Shown piece by piece: positions 24,240-35,636 of a DNA stretch of 64,000 nt. Below the pieces are notes generated by a model that saw nothing but the letters and a program-made list of their open reading frames with translations, was not told the DNA's origin and did not search any database. Position numbers and translations under genes: made by a program. Every line of letters begins with the position of its first letter. Position 1 is the stretch's first letter. The DNA is from Callorhinchus milii (Eukaryota), in the NCBI RefSeq assembly GCF_018977255.1, contig NW_024704742.1, positions 99,450,001 to 99,514,000 of the forward strand, given 5' to 3'.

Positions 24240-24982
24240 ACTCCCCAAAACGCTGGAATATTCTCCCTCTATCCCTCCGCCTTGTCCCCTCCTTCCTCAT
24301 CTTCAGGTCACACCGAAAACTTCATACCTGCTTTCATTACATCGAGGATCGACTATGCAAACTCATTGCTTGTCGGCCTCTCCAACTCCTCCCTCCACAG
24401 GCTACAGATCATCCAGAACTCTGCAGCCCGTGTCCTCTCCCGCACTAGACTCTGCGACCCTATCACCCCCATCCTTGTGCAACTCCACTGGCTTTCCATC
24501 ACACAGAGGATACAGTTCAAGATCCTGGTCCTCACCTTCAAAGCTGTCCACGGTCTTGCTCCCACCTACCTCTGCGACCTCCTAACTCCCTACCACCCTG
24601 TTGGCTCCCTCCGTTCAACGGACTCCGGCCTGCTTCACGTCCCCCGCCTCGCTTGCCCCACTATTGATGGGCGGGCCTTCTGCCACTCTGCCCCCACTCG
24701 ATCTCCTTGCTTCCTCCCCTGCCTCCACCCTTCTCGACCCAGACTCCCAGCTCGGGTTCGTAACTCTGTCTGTCCAGCTTCTTGGGATGTCCTCCAGACG
24801 TGAAAGGCGCTGTACAAATGTAGATTTGTTGTTGTTGTTGTTGTTGTTGAAGACCTTCCTCTTTGACCATGCCTATGGTAACTTCCTCCCGGCTCAGCAC
24901 CTTGCTCCGCCTACTGTCAAGTTCTCTGGGACTCTACCCTGTATGAAGGGCACTATATAAATGCAAGTTGTTGTTGTTGTTT
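24240..24982 (+). mobile_element. L2 LINE 3' fragment (composite, with two 3' tails)
   Basis: ORF 24231-24803 AFITSRIDYANSLLVGL..LHRLQIIQNSAARVL..ITPILVQLHWL..QRIQFKILVLTFKAVHGLAPTYL is the classic L2 ORF2 C-terminus. (TTG)n tails at 24826-24849 and 24968-24982. Confidence 0.92.
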
Positions 24983-26204
24983 GTATAGTCCGATGGGAAT
25001 CCTGACTCTGATTGCCATGGACGCCTGCCTGAAAATCCAAGGTAGTTCCACGATGATGCTGCAAAGACACAAGGTGACTGATCTCAAAGAAGGCGGGTCG
25101 GGGAGGATTATTAAGCCTGACATTATTCTTGAACAGTACAAAACTGCAGCATCTCATTATGCCTGCAATGTGATAAATACCCTCTTCCCAGACATTACGC
25201 AAATTGATAACACTAAAACAGCAGCTAAACATGTGAATCATTTCACAAGGGGAGTGGTGGAAGATGTGGGTTTGGAGAAGCTAGCGGAGGTAGGGTCTTC
25301 ACAGACTATGCTTTTCATTCTCTTCCCAAGCTTTGGGTCCCTATTGATCTGGAGGGAATTTGAGCATGTGCTTGGTACAGGTAAATCTATAAACACCGTT
25401 GGCAGCTTGCACTAGAACAGTTTGTTTTCTTTGTATCTAAGAGTGTTTCTATTGGCAACTCCAGAGTATAAATGGAAGCAACATTGAGTACATATTATTT
25501 CTGATACTGCAGAATCTCAGTAGGGGTTTACAAGAGAGAAATCTAAATCTATGTGCATCGGAGCCCCTGCCTGTCTGCAGACTCCCCATCATTCATTGGT
25601 GACTGTGGAGTTACATTTCTGAAGTTTTATGAAGTATAACACAATGTGCAGACAATATTAAATTGTTCTCCTTTGAATGCAACTGCAGGCTTTCTGTTTT
25701 GAAAGGCTCCCAAAGTAAATCCATTTTTTTCTTCTTTTTCTTGTCTCGATGCCAGACTTTTCTCTTCCAATTTTCTAACCCTCTCCTCCGCCGCTCCTGA
25801 GGTCAAGTGTTTTTGACTGACTTTATCTTTGTTTCTGCTGGGGTATGTTTGCACATGCACCGTGGTGCTCTTAGCCCTTCACTCTTCAGATTTGTTTTAT
25901 GTATGTATGAACTAAGTCCAGTACTTCAGGTTGCTGAACCTTATTCTGGGCAGGTAGGGGTTTGATTGTGCATGTGGGGTCTCTGGGGAATTGAGCTTTC
26001 TACATGCAACAGCTACACAAGTGAGTCAGTTAACATTCCTGCCTCATACATCACTGCTGAAATGCGGTTAACAATGCATTAGTTACATACATTATTAAGA
26101 TACAATAAATTAACTCTTCTGTAAGCACTTTGATTTTCGGTTTAAAAGAGCTTCATTGTTTATATCCACGATGATGTACCAGCTTTTTCTCTTTTACTTA
26201 TGTT

Positions 26205-26460
26205 ATTAATAACCCTTGCATTTGATATAGCACCTTTCACGAGACGATGTCTCAAAGTGCTTCACAGAATTTACTGTAAAGTGTAGGCCAACGTGGCAGC
26301 CAATTTGTGCACAACAGTAAACCACAAACAGTCATGAAGTAAATGACCAATTTTATTTGGCGGAATGTTGGCCAGGACACCGGGAGTAACTCTTCTCTTT
26401 TTGAACACTGTCATGGGATAACATCCAGTTTGCCTAACCATCTGGTTTAACATCACTTCC
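26205..26460 (-). mobile_element. SINE 3' part (family B)
   Basis: Shared tail plus the TTGGCCAGGACACCGGGAG central block. Confidence 0.75.
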
Positions 26461-26829
26461 TCTGCATCACATAGGAATGTTAGCCTCAAGAGAGGAGGCA
26501 ATGATATCAATTTCACAGATACTTCTGTAAAAGTCCATTAGTTTTAGGTGTTCGGTGTGACTTCAGTTAATGTTCAGCTCCAGAAAGGAGTCACATACAC
26601 AAGGGCAGACAAGACCACTGCTCAACAGCCTCTTTCATTTTCTTCAAAACAATATCCTTGGGAAAGCACCAAAATATTGCATGTCTGTTTTAATAGTACA
26701 AGTTTGTAAGAACAGGAGCCAATTCACATGTAATTTTAATCCCCCAGGAAACTGAATCTCTTTTCCTTCAATATCACTTACACTTACAAGGTTGTAATGC
26801 TTGCTTTTGATTTCAGGCCTATAATTTCA

Positions 26830-27295
26830 AAACGCCTCAAAGCGCTTCACAGGATATCACTGTCAAGTGTAGTGACTGTGTTTTTGTAGGCTATACAGCA
26901 GCTAATGTGCGTGCTGCAGATCTCACAAACAGCCATGAAGTGAATGACAAATTTATGTGCCAGATTGTTGACCAGAACACAAGGGGAATAGTGACATGGG
27001 ATAATAATAATCTTTGCATTTGATATAGTACCTTATCATATCATTGAGACGTCTCAACGCGCTTCAGAGGATATACTGTAAAGTGGATTGAATGTACTAT
27101 GTTCACATGGGACCTTTAGCATTTACGTGAATAGACAAAACAGGACATTTATTTAAATATCTCATCCAAAGAATGGCATCTCCAACAATTGTGCACTCCC
27201 CAGCACCACAATGTGGTGTGTTCGCCTAGACTGAACACGTGACTCACAATGTCTGATACGGTGGTGAAAGCATTACCATCTGAGCCAAGCTGACA
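26830..27295 (-). mobile_element. Two adjacent or nested SINE remnants (family B/A)
   Basis: SINE body at 26830-27000, a second tail starting at 27001, and a head remnant CATCTGAGCCAAGCTGAC near 27280. Confidence 0.65.
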
Positions 27296-27569
27296 GTTAA
27301 CATGTAAATACTATGTACATATATACATTGATTGTACTCTTTACCAGTAATCCATTATTGACCAACGGCCAATAAACCTGCATTGATTAGTCATGTGTTG
27401 GCATCATTATACATCAGTGCAGTGGCAGTCCACTGGGTCATCTACAGTACCAGAAGCAATATATTCTGAATAAAACAGGTCTTTTGTTCTTCAAACCATG
27501 TGTTTTAATAAGTAAAGATATATGAAAGAAATTCTAAGGCTGTAATCTGATTTGGGGGGTTGGAAAATA

Positions 27570-27960
27570 CAATGCAAATTTATATTTATCCATGTTGGGA
27601 GTATGTTCCAAGATGCTGTTCAGTCCAGGCTTGCACCCGAGGTGCAGGTGGAGCAGGCGGGGGCAGGGGGTGCCAAGGGGGGTTAGGGGTGGAGATAGAT
27701 GGATAGTTATGGAGCAAGGTCTTGAGGTGGACCTTGGAGGAAGCAAGGGAAGGGTTGAATCGAAGGGACTCCAGGATGGAGTTCCAGAGAGTGGGGGTCT
27801 TTCAGATAAGCTGAATAGCCCAACCGCCAATGGCGGAGCAGGGTATGTGAAGCAGGCGAGAGAGGTACCTGCTGAGTGAAGGGATTGGCCCAGTTGGTAG
27901 GGTATAAGGAGGTCGCAGAGGTAGGATGGAGCAAGACCATGAAGGAATTTAAATGTTCAG
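27570..27960 (-). mobile_element. L2 LINE 3' fragment
   Basis: LNSFMVLLHPTSATSLYPTN and AVGLFSLSERPPLSGTP are frameshifted L2 C-terminus, and an L2-like tail lies near 27575. Confidence 0.7.
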
Positions 27961-29809
27961 ACCAAGATCTCGAACTCAAAAACGCATACAAGTATTTCAG
28001 GCTTTGCATACAACTTATAGCACTGGGGTCTAATGTGCGAGTTGCACTAAGCATGTGCAAACAGATGTGTATGGAGAGAATTGCCCTTAATGATGTGGTT
28101 AACAACCAATGAAACATACTAAAGTTTGCAATAAGATTACTGCATCACTCTTAGCTACTCCTTATTCTCTCTAAGATTTGGTTTCTACCACACATAAAGC
28201 TCAAAAGTATTTTCTGACTTCTTGTTTCACAAGATCACAAGAGGAATTTGATGAAGGAGCAACCCCTTTGGCCTATTTGATACCCACCCTACAGTTGGGT
28301 CAGGACCCAAGCAGGGGGGAAGTGGTCAGCACATCAGCACGTTTTTTTTAAAATGAGTCTGGAATCTTGCTGGCAACCTGCTCCAGTTGCTAATTATCCT
28401 CTGGGTAAATATAAGACTTCCTGTTATCTGTCCTGAAATTGCCCTTTGTAATATTAAAGCCTGCCTATCTTTTATCCTCTTGTTCTCCTGTCTTGATGCA
28501 TCCACAAGAATTGTTTGGGGTTTACTTTCAGGGATCGTAAGTGTACGCCCTCTCTACTCCCTCCTCGCTCCCTCCCTTCCCTCCCTTCACCCTGACCATT
28601 TGCCCCCTGCTCGGGTCCTAACCCAACTGTCCAGCGCCTTGAGACGTCCTCCCAACGTAATAGGCGCTCTATAAATGAAATCTTGTTGTTGTTGTACGCA
28701 GTATTCAAGCTACAGCTATTAACCTTGCATGGCCCCAATTATTAAAGAAAAGCTCTCTCTGAAGAACAGCCGTTAAAAAATGATGTCCATGTAACTTTTA
28801 ATCATCACACACAATAGAGTATATTTTACTCTACTCCCATTTGTAGTTCAAACAAATTCCAACAAAAAAATCTTGAAATTTCAATGTGTTCTCATTTTAA
28901 TAAGTCACAAGTGAACTGTAAACAACTGTCCAAACCCACAGACTGCCTGGGAATTATCAGCTCCTTAGGGTGAGTGTATCCTGCAGTGGAATGCTGCTCT
29001 GTGCAACAGATCAGATCATAGGATCCAGGCCATGTGATGCCAGGAGGAGCTGTCATCTCTACTGTCTATCTGCTCCACAATAGTCCAGTCTCAGAATGTT
29101 ATGCTCAGCTCCCGGGCTTCAACAGGAGAGATTGTTTCAAACCTGCTCTGATCTCCATTCCAGGACTGCTGCCAATGGTGTCTTTGTTTGGATACCTTAC
29201 AATGAACCAATGTCAATGAATGTACTAGTGAGCTAAATCTGGGTTTCCATGGAATATTGTGTTTCAACTATCTCACAATTGCCATGCTCTGGGGTTTAGG
29301 GGAGTGTAGGCTTGTTTGTAACTTAATAAAGACCCTTGAGGGTAGGTTGTAGACTGTATTGTTGGATTCCACATTCCGGTCTTGGGATATATACAACCCA
29401 GCCTACTTGGGTATTCCTTTCTTTGTGCATTCTTGGTGTGGAGAGACCCGTGGGCTTTTGCTTGTTGTGGAATGTTATGTTTTTCATCAGTGTTCTTCCC
29501 TTTTCTCCTAAAAGGCAATGGGAGGAAGGAGTGAGAAGACTCTGATTACGTTTATAGGCAACACTGCTGCTAGCACTGGCCCTGCCTACAGCCACACTGT
29601 GTTTTTTTCATAGTGTGTTTTTTTCCCCTGCTTCTCGGGTCAGCAGCAAATGGTTATCCTGGTGCTGACTGCCGCTTTGTATCTGTGGCAGACTGGCTGA
29701 GATCTCAGAGCACCCAGAGACACTAGTAAGGGGCAGAAAACAGTCACAACATGAAGGCAGCTCTGTGTGCATGGCTTTCTGAATATACATTGCATTTTAT
29801 AATAATACT

Positions 29810-30150
29810 GTATTAATAATGGTATTGCATCCTATCACATAGGAATGTTTCAAAGTGCTAAACAGGTGATTACTGTCCAAGTGTAGTGGATGTTTTTTAA
29901 GACAAATGAAACAACCATTTTGCACACAGGTAAGTCCCACTGTCATGAGGTAAATGACCAATTAAATTGGAGGACTGTTAGACCAAACATCATCCGTTCT
30001 GAATATTCTGTCAGATCTTTAATGTCAACCTGAACTGTCAGTTAGGATCTTGGTTTAATGATTTATCCAAAGAACAGTACCTCCAACAATGCAAGGCAAG
30101 ACTCTACACTGGGTGATTGTCTGAGCTCAAGTTCTGATGTGGGGCTTTAA
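29810..30150 (-). mobile_element. Old SINE copy (family B)
   Basis: Degenerate tail, central block (GTCAACCTGAAC..TTGGTTTAATG) and partial head. Confidence 0.6.
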
Positions 30151-31829
30151 ACCCTTCTTTTCCTCCTTGTTCTGTGGATTCTACAAGGCAGAAATGCACA
30201 GACAGCACCAGCACCTTCCATTACTGTGGAGCCAGGCCTATTTGAAGATAAGATAATCCTTGCATTTGATATATCATCTTTCATGTTGGAAGCACATCTC
30301 AAAGTGTTGAATGGCCCATGTGAGACACAGCAATATTCACACTGCAATAGCCTGACCCAATTTTATTGTTATGTCCCAAGCTTTAACCTCGAAGCACATG
30401 TGCCTGACTGGGGGACCTCGCAACATAACACTGAAGAAATTAGCATGATATGCTTTAGGCCACAGTTGCTGTTCTGAAAACTGATTCTGTCAGCTACCCG
30501 GGGATGAGTTTTAGTAGTACATAACCGGATGATTGGGTGGGAGCCTTTCTCCTCTTAGTAGTGTCTATCTTCAGGGAGACAAAGGCTGATACAATGTGAA
30601 TGTGTTCCTGAGGGCCATCAAACAGTAGTGATAAAATCCATAGCTCTTCTGGAAGTCTTCAGTCTTCGTAGGAAATGTAGAATTTGTGTGGCTTTGGCTG
30701 GGCAAATGTGCTTTCTTCCAATAGAAAGTAACACTTAGGGTATAAATTTGCAGCGTTTTCATAACTACTTACCACACTAAATCTGTTATACAACAACAGA
30801 ATTTCAGTTGATAATTATCAACTGGTTTCAGGCCTGAACATGCCCACAGCTTTAGCACAGTGGTTTGTGTTAACACAAGGAACCTGTTATGAAAGGCCAC
30901 AAACTTCACCACATGCATTTTTATCAGCTCAGAGACAACATCTAAATGCTGCTTTACAGAATACTTGGGAGTTAAGCCGTTGTCCTATTTTTAGATGATC
31001 AAGACCACCGACTTGGATTCCGCTCAGCGCCAATCGTTTTCAAATGTCAAAAAATGCTGCAGTTGCTTAAATAATGAATGTAATATTTAGGAACAAATGT
31101 AACCCCAACATTGCAAAAACTATTTTACTTTTCTGTACATCTCACAAGGTTTCCAAATTTGCACTTCCATCAATTCTGCTCTATTGCTTTGACCTAACCA
31201 TGGAGCCAGGAACTAGTGTCAGAGAACTGTTGTCAGCACAATGTGTGAACACTGGATGAACGAGAGTGTTTGATCTTTCACAGAAACATTAAAAATAGCT
31301 CCAAAACAGATCACATTACAAACATTAGGTAAGGTAAGTCTTTTAATTTGAAACTTTACAGGCTGCCTCGCAGTATTTATGGAGCGTTGCAGCTTTAAGA
31401 GACACAAGAGGCTCATTCACACTACAATAATTTTAGACTGCAGTAAAATGTCAGCAGAACGGCCATCAGTAAACCTTCAATGACTGCTCGTGACACTGGA
31501 CTGTTTACATTAACAACTTCTGATGTCAAGGAAATGCCAGGAGAGTGGTAAATGCTAACAGACCTGCTTTACCGCACTGATAGCGTTATGTATTTTCCTC
31601 ATTCTCATTCTCGTTTTCCCTAACATCTGGATTTTCAGTGAGCGATTTCTGTTGTGGATGTAATTTGCGTTGAGATTTTCCAACAGGTCTTGGCGTCAGT
31701 GCAATTTACAGATCCGTTGTTTGATGTCTTCAGTTAAATACCCCCATTGCACATTGGAAACCGCTTTCCCAACAGCCTGCGGTCAGGTCCCAAACCGACG
31801 TGCATGATATTATTAATATAACTACGCTA

Positions 31830-32182
31830 GTGGGGTCCCATAGCATAGTAGTTAGGGCACTTGCCTTGCAAGTGAGATGACCCTGGTTTGATTTCCGGAT
31901 GAAGCAAAACCTTGGTCAAGTTTCCTTACCCCACAAGCCTCTGTTTACCTAGCAGTAATTAGGAACCTGGTTGTTCCTAAAATCTCAACACTTTCCAGGG
32001 ATAATAATCCCTCAAATAAAATGGTCACTGCATTCATGTTTGTGGGACACTACTGTGCACAATTGGCTGCTACATTTTGCCCACAAAATACAGTCAATTC
32101 ACTTTACAATATATTCTGTGAAGCGCTTTGAGACGTCTCAACAATGTGATGAGGTGCTATATCAAATGCAAAGATTATTATA
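31830..32182 (+). mobile_element. Full-length SINE (family A, long form)
   Basis: tRNA-like head GTGGGGTCCCATAGCATAGTAGTTAGGGCAC, CTGTTTACCTAGCAGTAATTAGGAACC block, and shared tail. Confidence 0.87.
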
Positions 32183-32184
32183 TA

Positions 32185-32506
32185 GTGGAGTCCTGTAGCT
32201 CAGTGGTTAGAGCACTCGCTTTGCAAGCGAGAGACCTGAGTACAACTCCAGGCAGAGGGCGAAACCTTGGGCAAGTTTCCTTACTCCACACGCCTAATAA
32301 TAATCCCTCCAAAAACCCAAAACAATAATAAAAATTGGTCATTTTCAATCTACAACTGTTTGTGGGACATTGCTGTGCGCAATTGGCTGCCGCGTTCGCC
32401 CACAAATATACAGTCAATTCACTTTACAGTGTGTTCTGTGAAGCGCTTTGGGACGTCCTCCCGACATGAAAAGCGCTATATCAAATGCAAGGATTATTAT
32501 TATTAT
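32185..32506 (+). mobile_element. Full-length SINE (family A, short form) directly behind the previous copy
   Basis: Head GTGGAGTCCTGTAGCTCAGTGGTTAGAGCACTCGCTTTGCAAGCGAG, tail AAAGCGCTATATCAAATGCAAGG(ATT)n. Confidence 0.9.
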
Positions 32507-34094
32507 ACGATTATTATTATATTAATGTTTTGTGAATGGAGATCTGTGCATTTCACAATCCTTGCTTCTCGCTTATCTAAGTAGGTGGGTGCTAGCTTTA
32601 ACGTGTGTTAGTTTAGGAAAATTTGGGTAGATGGATGCGAAGATAAGGCTTTAAAATCCATCCTTCTTACCTTGTAAAACCTGGTTTGTCTTAAAATCCA
32701 AGAACACATAGAATTGTGGATCAGCCTTAAATTCAGTCTTAATTTAGGATCTGGTTTGCCAGATTTTTTAAAAGGAACTTTTGTTTGGTCAGCCATGTGT
32801 TTGACACACGTAGAATCCCATCACCATGCTTAAGAGTTTTCAAACCTGGTAACTTACACATCAATTGTGGGATGGAGCGGATGGGAATGATCTTATAGTT
32901 GATTTGCTAGAGGATTGAGAGTCAGTGGAGTTGGGTAAGGATGAGGTGAAGGGCACAGTGCAAGAGATCTGGATAATCTGGATAATCGTGTGTGTGAATG
33001 TGATGCAAGGACAAGATTAGGGTAGGCTGGGATTTGCCCCATGATCAAATAGCCAGCCAACACTTACTGCTGTACTGCATCAAGGCTTACACATGAATAA
33101 AGATAATAATGTGGCTGAATTAACAAAGAATGCCTTCGGAATGATACTCTGGGGAAAATAAATTAAATTCCTCAGGAATAGAAGGGGGAGAAAATTGGCA
33201 AGAAATAAAAGAGTAAAATTAAAGGGTTATTATATTCAGTCTGACATTCTGATAAAAATACATTGAGCACTTTGCATACTTCTAATTTCCAATAATAATC
33301 TTCATTGCTTTTTCCTGTCTAATGCTTTTGTGCAGACAGAGCTTTGCAAGTTAGTATCAGACGGATGAGCAAATTAAAGTGGAAGGGGGGAAAGGGGGCG
33401 ATTGTCTAAAATCAGAGCACCTGAGCGAGCTGCCAACAATTCTTAATTCACACTCAGGGCTGACGGCTGTGTAGCAGAGAGAGCGCCAATGACCCATGCA
33501 ACCAGCCACGCGGCAGCTTTGAATCTGAGTGCACTTCCTGAGTCCCCACCAGCACTCAAATTTACTATGAAAACATATTTTGTTCTGCCTTGTAATGGGG
33601 GCAGTCTAGGTTTCCTTAAAATGCTGCTGGGGAATTCTTTGCAGTCTGCACACAGAAAAGCAAATATTTCCAGTTTCTTGGCAAATTACCAAAACAGCGC
33701 ATTCTGTAGCCAGCTGCAGTATCATTCTGCTATTCATTGTTCACAACACGGCTGGACCTACTATGTAGGAAATGAACCATAGGAGTTGAATTTTTGGTGA
33801 TTAATTCCTTAGCTTCAGTTTGCACGTAAAGCCTCAGTTGTTCTGTCAGGTGCGTAATGTGTTTTTGTTAAAGTCACGGTACTTTAAATTTCCTTACTAT
33901 TATTCCAATAGTTTTTTAAATATAACAACAAAACCATATGAAAGCCCATTTGAAGATAGGTGTTTCATATATTTTGCAGAAACCTTAAACGACAAAAGGT
34001 ACAGGACTGATACCTTTACCTGATCCTCTCCTCCCTGAAAAGCTTCCTGTTGTCTCTGTGAAGCACTTCAAGACCTTCATCCTATGTGAAAGAT

Positions 34095-34325
34095 GCTATG
34101 AAAGAGCCATAGAGTTACATAATAATATGACACAGCAATAAGCCATTGGGCCCTTCTTGTCCATGCTCGTGTGTTTATATGGCATATAATCCCCACCCCT
34201 CCTATTTCCCTCTCCACTATCCCTTCTCCCCCATGCATACATCAAGTTTTCTCTTAAATACATTGATGCTATTTGCTTCAACCACAGTGAGTTCCACATT
34301 CTCACCACCCTCAAGGTGATAAGTT
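34095..34325 (-). mobile_element. CR1 3' fragment
   Basis: ORF MRVVRMWNSL is a CR1 ORF2 C-terminal motif, followed by a CR1-like 3'UTR. Confidence 0.7.
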
Positions 34326-35544
34326 TTATCTGAGAGATTCTGAACCGGATGACTGCAAATTGTTAACTCACCTTACTGTTAAATAAGGTAATAAAGCTAT
34401 TATATTCTCTCTCAGTGAGCAAAGGGAAGTACAGTATCTTTTTCTTGAAAATCAATGCAATTTCCAAACAACTGCATTTCCACAGAGCCTATATCAAATG
34501 TAATCTTATATCCATTGCCACACAGCACCTCGCGTGATGCTGTGATGGTACATTTTGCCCACAAATATACAGCAATTCACTTTACAATCTATTCTGTGAA
34601 GCGCTTTGAGACGTCTAGAAGACACGAAAAGCGCTAGATCAAATGCAAGGATTATTATTATGGTGCCTCTGTGAGTTGGTTTCCATGCTACACCAGAAAG
34701 ATGTAAGGTTCTTTGTGGCTTCTCCAACACCTTTTTTTCTTGCAACCTATACTGAAATCCTCTTTTTTTCTATAATTATTTTAAAATTTCTTTCCGAAAG
34801 CATTTAAGTGCTCATACCCGACAATAAAATTAAATGAAAATGGGTCCAATTTTTATGGTGTTTATACTGTGAGGCTGTTCGTGCTCATTATAGTTTTCCA
34901 CGCATGCTGCTTCTCTCTATTTCAATAAGATGTGTGGTTGCAGCTGGTTCTGCACTCTTGCACACTGTAGAGAGCAAAGTAGTTGCTCTTGTGTATTTAG
35001 CGGAATTATCCACTTTATTCTCTGACCTTACCCTTTACATTACATAAAAAAAGTAATTGCAAATTTTTTTTTAGCTAAAGGTTCTTAAGGAGTTGAGTAG
35101 TTTTGTAACATGTGTTATGATGAATAATTGCAGTGAGTTGCAGTTGTAAAAAAAAATCGGAATACCTCCTGACATGCAAGATTTATGCTAAATGTTCGAG
35201 GCTTGCATTTTAATTTTTACCTCTTCCATTCCTGTGTTTAGAGATTTGCTTCACTGGGGACTGGTGGTCCTGTAAGACTATAGCTGCTGGTGGCTGGTCA
35301 TTTTTCTCAGCAGTTAAGGGAAGAAAATATAATTTCTTGGTTTTGACACTGGTATTTTTTCATGAGGCTTTTTAGATTCAAACGGATTTTGCTTGCACTG
35401 TGTTACAGTACGCTCCTGCTACATTAATCAATAAACAAATGGTGTACTAAAAGTCAGCGTTCAACATTAGGTCTGGGGGGGATTCATCATGGGTCTGACA
35501 GCAACTTAATGAGAGTGAGAGCGGGCTGCAGAATGCACTGTGGA

Positions 35545-35636
35545 GGAAAATGTATTGAATGGCTGGGGTTGCTTGGAAAATTTATTGAATGGCTGGAGTT
35601 GCTTGGAAAATGTATTGAATGGCTGGGGTTGCTTGG
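35545..35636. repeat. 30-bp tandem repeat x3 (GGAAAATGTATTGAATGGCTGGGGTTGCTT)
   Basis: Copies 1 and 3 are identical and copy 2 has two substitutions. Confidence 0.95.

Noticed and set aside
32185..32260. tRNA gene (Ala-like TGC loop)
   Set aside because: There is no proper acceptor stem or T-arm, and it continues directly into a repeated SINE body. The same holds for the heads at 7130, 17905, 31830 and 51241.
35545..35636. CRISPR-like array
   Set aside because: The tandem copies have no spacers, and the context is eukaryotic.
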